A program made the translations under genes and the position numbers. From the NCBI RefSeq assembly GCF_004010195.1, contig NC_057755.1, positions 2,121,803-2,185,802 on the forward strand: a DNA stretch of 64,000 bases. The letters are read 5' to 3'. The notes under the pieces are model-generated. The model searched no databases. It saw only the letters and a program-made list of their open reading frames with translations, and was not told the origin of the DNA. The stretch is from Chiloscyllium plagiosum (lineage: Eukaryota). Below are positions 61,248 through 64,000 of this stretch, piece after piece. Position 1 is the stretch's first letter. Each line of letters begins with the position of its first letter.

Positions 61248-64000
61248 CGTATGGAGTCAGCTATTACGAGGGGGCATAGCTTTAAATTAAGGGGGTGTAG
61301 ATATAGGACTGAAGTTAGGGGTAGGTTCTTCACTCAGCGAGTCGTAAGTTCATGGAATGCCCTGCCAGTAGCAGTGGTGGACTCTCCCTCTTTATGGGCA
61401 TTTAAGCGGGCATTGGATAGGTATATGGAGGATAGTGGGTTAGTATAGGTTAGGTGGGCTTGGATCGGCGCAACATCGAGGGCCAAAGGGCCTGTTCTGC
61501 ACTGTATTCTTCTATGTTCTATGTTCTATGTTCTAATTCTGGTGACCTCCATGGAGAGTGCTGATGGAACAATGGGATTTCCTAACCCCAGTATGTGCTC
61601 CGAATCTGGGAGGGGGAATCTCCATTCAGAAGGAGAGGACCTAGAAGATGAGATTCGGAGTGTGAACCTGGATATCAAACAGGAAGTTTTGTTTCATCCG
61701 AGTTAAAGAGTCTGATTTCAAAACCAGGAATTTGCAATGAACAATGCTGCATGGACACATATTTTATTTGGGTGGGGGCTATTGTGTACAGTGTTGGACA
61801 GATACCGAGAGTCAGTGCAAATATTGAAGTTCTTCTGATTGTGGTGGATCAAACCTGGGACATGGTGAATGGATTCACAACTGAATACTGACATGGTTCA
61901 AATTGTCAGGACGTTCAGAGATAGAGACTCACGTTCTGACCATTTGTTCATCCCTATTATAGATGCCATGAATTCCTGGACACTGTGGAGTAATTGAATG
62001 CCAATATACTGCAGTTCATATAATGTAATGTACACTTCTGGGGGCAGTCTCTACTATCGAGGTTCCAAAACCAAATGCAGAAATTGTGCAATCAAAGTCT
62101 CGCATTCTTTGTTTTGCTGATTTCTGGTTTCTTTGTGTGGATGTTATTGTCTTATGGGAAAACTCCATCCAGTCTGAGTAACCCAAAAGCAAATGAAATC
62201 AACCACCGCTGAGCCTAGAAATACATTGAGCACACGACAATACTTCTGAGAGTAATCTGTTTTTCCCTATGTCTTTTTAAAGTGCAAATGAGTGAGTTTG
62301 CTGCTCAGGTTCAGACTCTTCAAACTTCATATCACATGGAACAGCAATTATCTTTGTTTGAAAATCCACCATTTTTAGTCTGGGCTCAGACACAGAGAAT
62401 GTTTAATCAGTGACTTCATGTCTCTTTTTGTCCCCTTTCTCTCTCTTCCAATTAGTCTCGTGGTTCTTGTCCTCCTGGCTTAGGGCAATTGTGGTCTTTC
62501 TACATGCACTACTCGTTACTTGATGGCCATGGCAACATCTGATCTACTGTTCAATGTCTTTGATGTCATACTTGATCGGTTTAGTTTCTATTATTATCCA
62601 CAGTGTTTCCTGGACATCACTCCCATTTGCAATGATATTTATGCTCTGAACCGTGTGACCATTAACTGTTCTGTCTGGTTCACTGCTACTTTTAATTTTG
62701 ATCGATTTGTCGCCATTTCTTTTCATCAAATGCAATCTCAGTATTGTATAGAGAAAACTGCAATCTAGTTTCTAGCAACAATCTGTATTTTCTTTGCTTT
62801 AAAGAACATTCCTTCCTACTTTCAATTTAAACCTGGAAAGATCAGGAACAATATTCCATGGAAGTGTTATACCAAGTCCAGTTAATTTAAAGATCGTCGA
62901 TGGGATAGTTTTAAATATTTTGCACAATATTTAACACCAGTTCTCCCATTCATTTTTTATTCTCTTTCTCAATATTCTGACTGTCAGACACATCTTCGAG
63001 ACTGTGAAGATGCATAAGGGACTGAGGGGTCAGGGAAAAATAGAGAATGATCCAGAGATAGAAGGCAGAAAGAACTCTGTGATTTTACTGTTTGCCATAT
63101 CCTCCAGCTTCATGCTTCTATGGTTGGTGTATATTTTATACATCTTTGAAACTGCTCATGATCTCTTTATGCAGGTTGGATATATGCTGCGGAACCTAAG
63201 TTGCTGCACCAATGCAGTGATTTATGTGGTGACACAGAAGAAATTCAGAGACCAGTTAAAGTATGTAGTGAAATATCCAGTTATAAACATAATTCAATTG
63301 GTGAATAAAACCAATTAACTAAGAGCCAATATGAGCTGCAGCAGATAATGGAACGAGGAGTCCACGTGGGGAATGGACTGAAAAGAGAAGGAGGAGCAGC
63401 AACATGATAACACTCTTTTTTTCATGGTCAAGGATTGACTCCATCTGAGGAACAAAATGAAAGAGACTGGAGAGGAAACACCAGTGTAAAGTGTTGTTCG
63501 CAAGCAGCAATAGTTGGTAGAAAGCTGAACAACAAAAACATTATCAAAGACCTGGAGGAAAATATCATCGTTCACTGCAAACCAGAGTGGGAACAGCAAC
63601 GTCAGGCTCCAGTCCGCTCTTCCTCACGGATTCTCTGATCCACGTGTCTGGACAAAAGTTTCAAAAACAATTATGCTATAAAGAGTAAATATTATCCTCT
63701 AAATATTGTGTCTTCTGATTGCAAGTATATTTTCAGTCATACGGTTTGTGTTGCCTTTCAGTTCCCCTAGCCTCATGCTGATATCACTCCCTTTGTTTAT
63801 TCGTTTCTTTCTACCAATCAGCTGTTGTGTTGAGGGGGGAATCCAAGGCCCAGTCAAAGGGCTCAGAGAAGCTTGGATCTGAAGCTCGAGAATGGGGTCG
63901 GATGTGGGAGATGAGCAAACATCCTCAGTGTTTCCATGAGGAGGTTTTGTTGCGCTCAATGACTGCACCAAGCTCACTGGGAACTGACTCTGGATGAAGA

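Larger units (their letters stand above)
59945..61535 (+). mobile_element. Young 5'-truncated CR1 LINE in the GPCR intron
   Basis: Long open RT frame and tail (TTCTATG)n at about 61508-61535. Confidence 0.95.
57084..63318 (+). pseudogene. Two-exon GPR139/GPR142-like class A GPCR pseudogene, copy 2 (exon 1 57084-57150, exon 2 62452-63318)
   Basis: Exon 1 encodes MHLPRHMVAKVCYNILTVVGVP followed by GTAAGT. Exon 2 gives GNCGLSTCTTRYLMAMATSDLL, NFDRFVAIS, NDPEIEGRKNSVILLFAIS and NLSCCTNAVIYVVTQKKFR. Acceptor is mutated (CAA at 62449-62451). TAG at 62481, further stop near 62883, and frameshifts. Confidence 0.9.

Overview
Repeat-dense vertebrate genomic DNA, most likely from a cartilaginous fish (shark). 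This is inferred from HE1-type SINEs, the CR1 tail types and GPR139-like receptors. No intact host gene is visible. Two inverted paralogous arms frame the window (about 4560-9930 on the minus strand and 54945-63870 on the plus strand). Each arm carries a two-exon GPR139/142-like class A GPCR pseudogene with a conserved TATA box and the same ancestral CR1 insertion. Between them lie many CR1 LINEs, tRNA-derived SINEs, a tRNA-Gly pseudogene, Penelope-like fragments, several minisatellites and three distinct decayed retroviral elements. Element A (15.7-21.5 kb) has a tether plus RNase H pol and an env that is not gamma-type. Element B (42.2-45.4 kb) is an internally deleted class I ERV with an EGF-like domain between pol and the env SU/TM region. 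Element C (47.1-54.9 kb) is a two-LTR class I ERV with a tRNA-Pro PBS whose capsid and RT are replaced by collinear pieces of a foreign sequence. A family of short Penelope-derived elements, mostly TSD-flanked, carries minimal hammerhead ribozyme cores. All calls were made by eye, and boundaries of decayed repeats are approximate.
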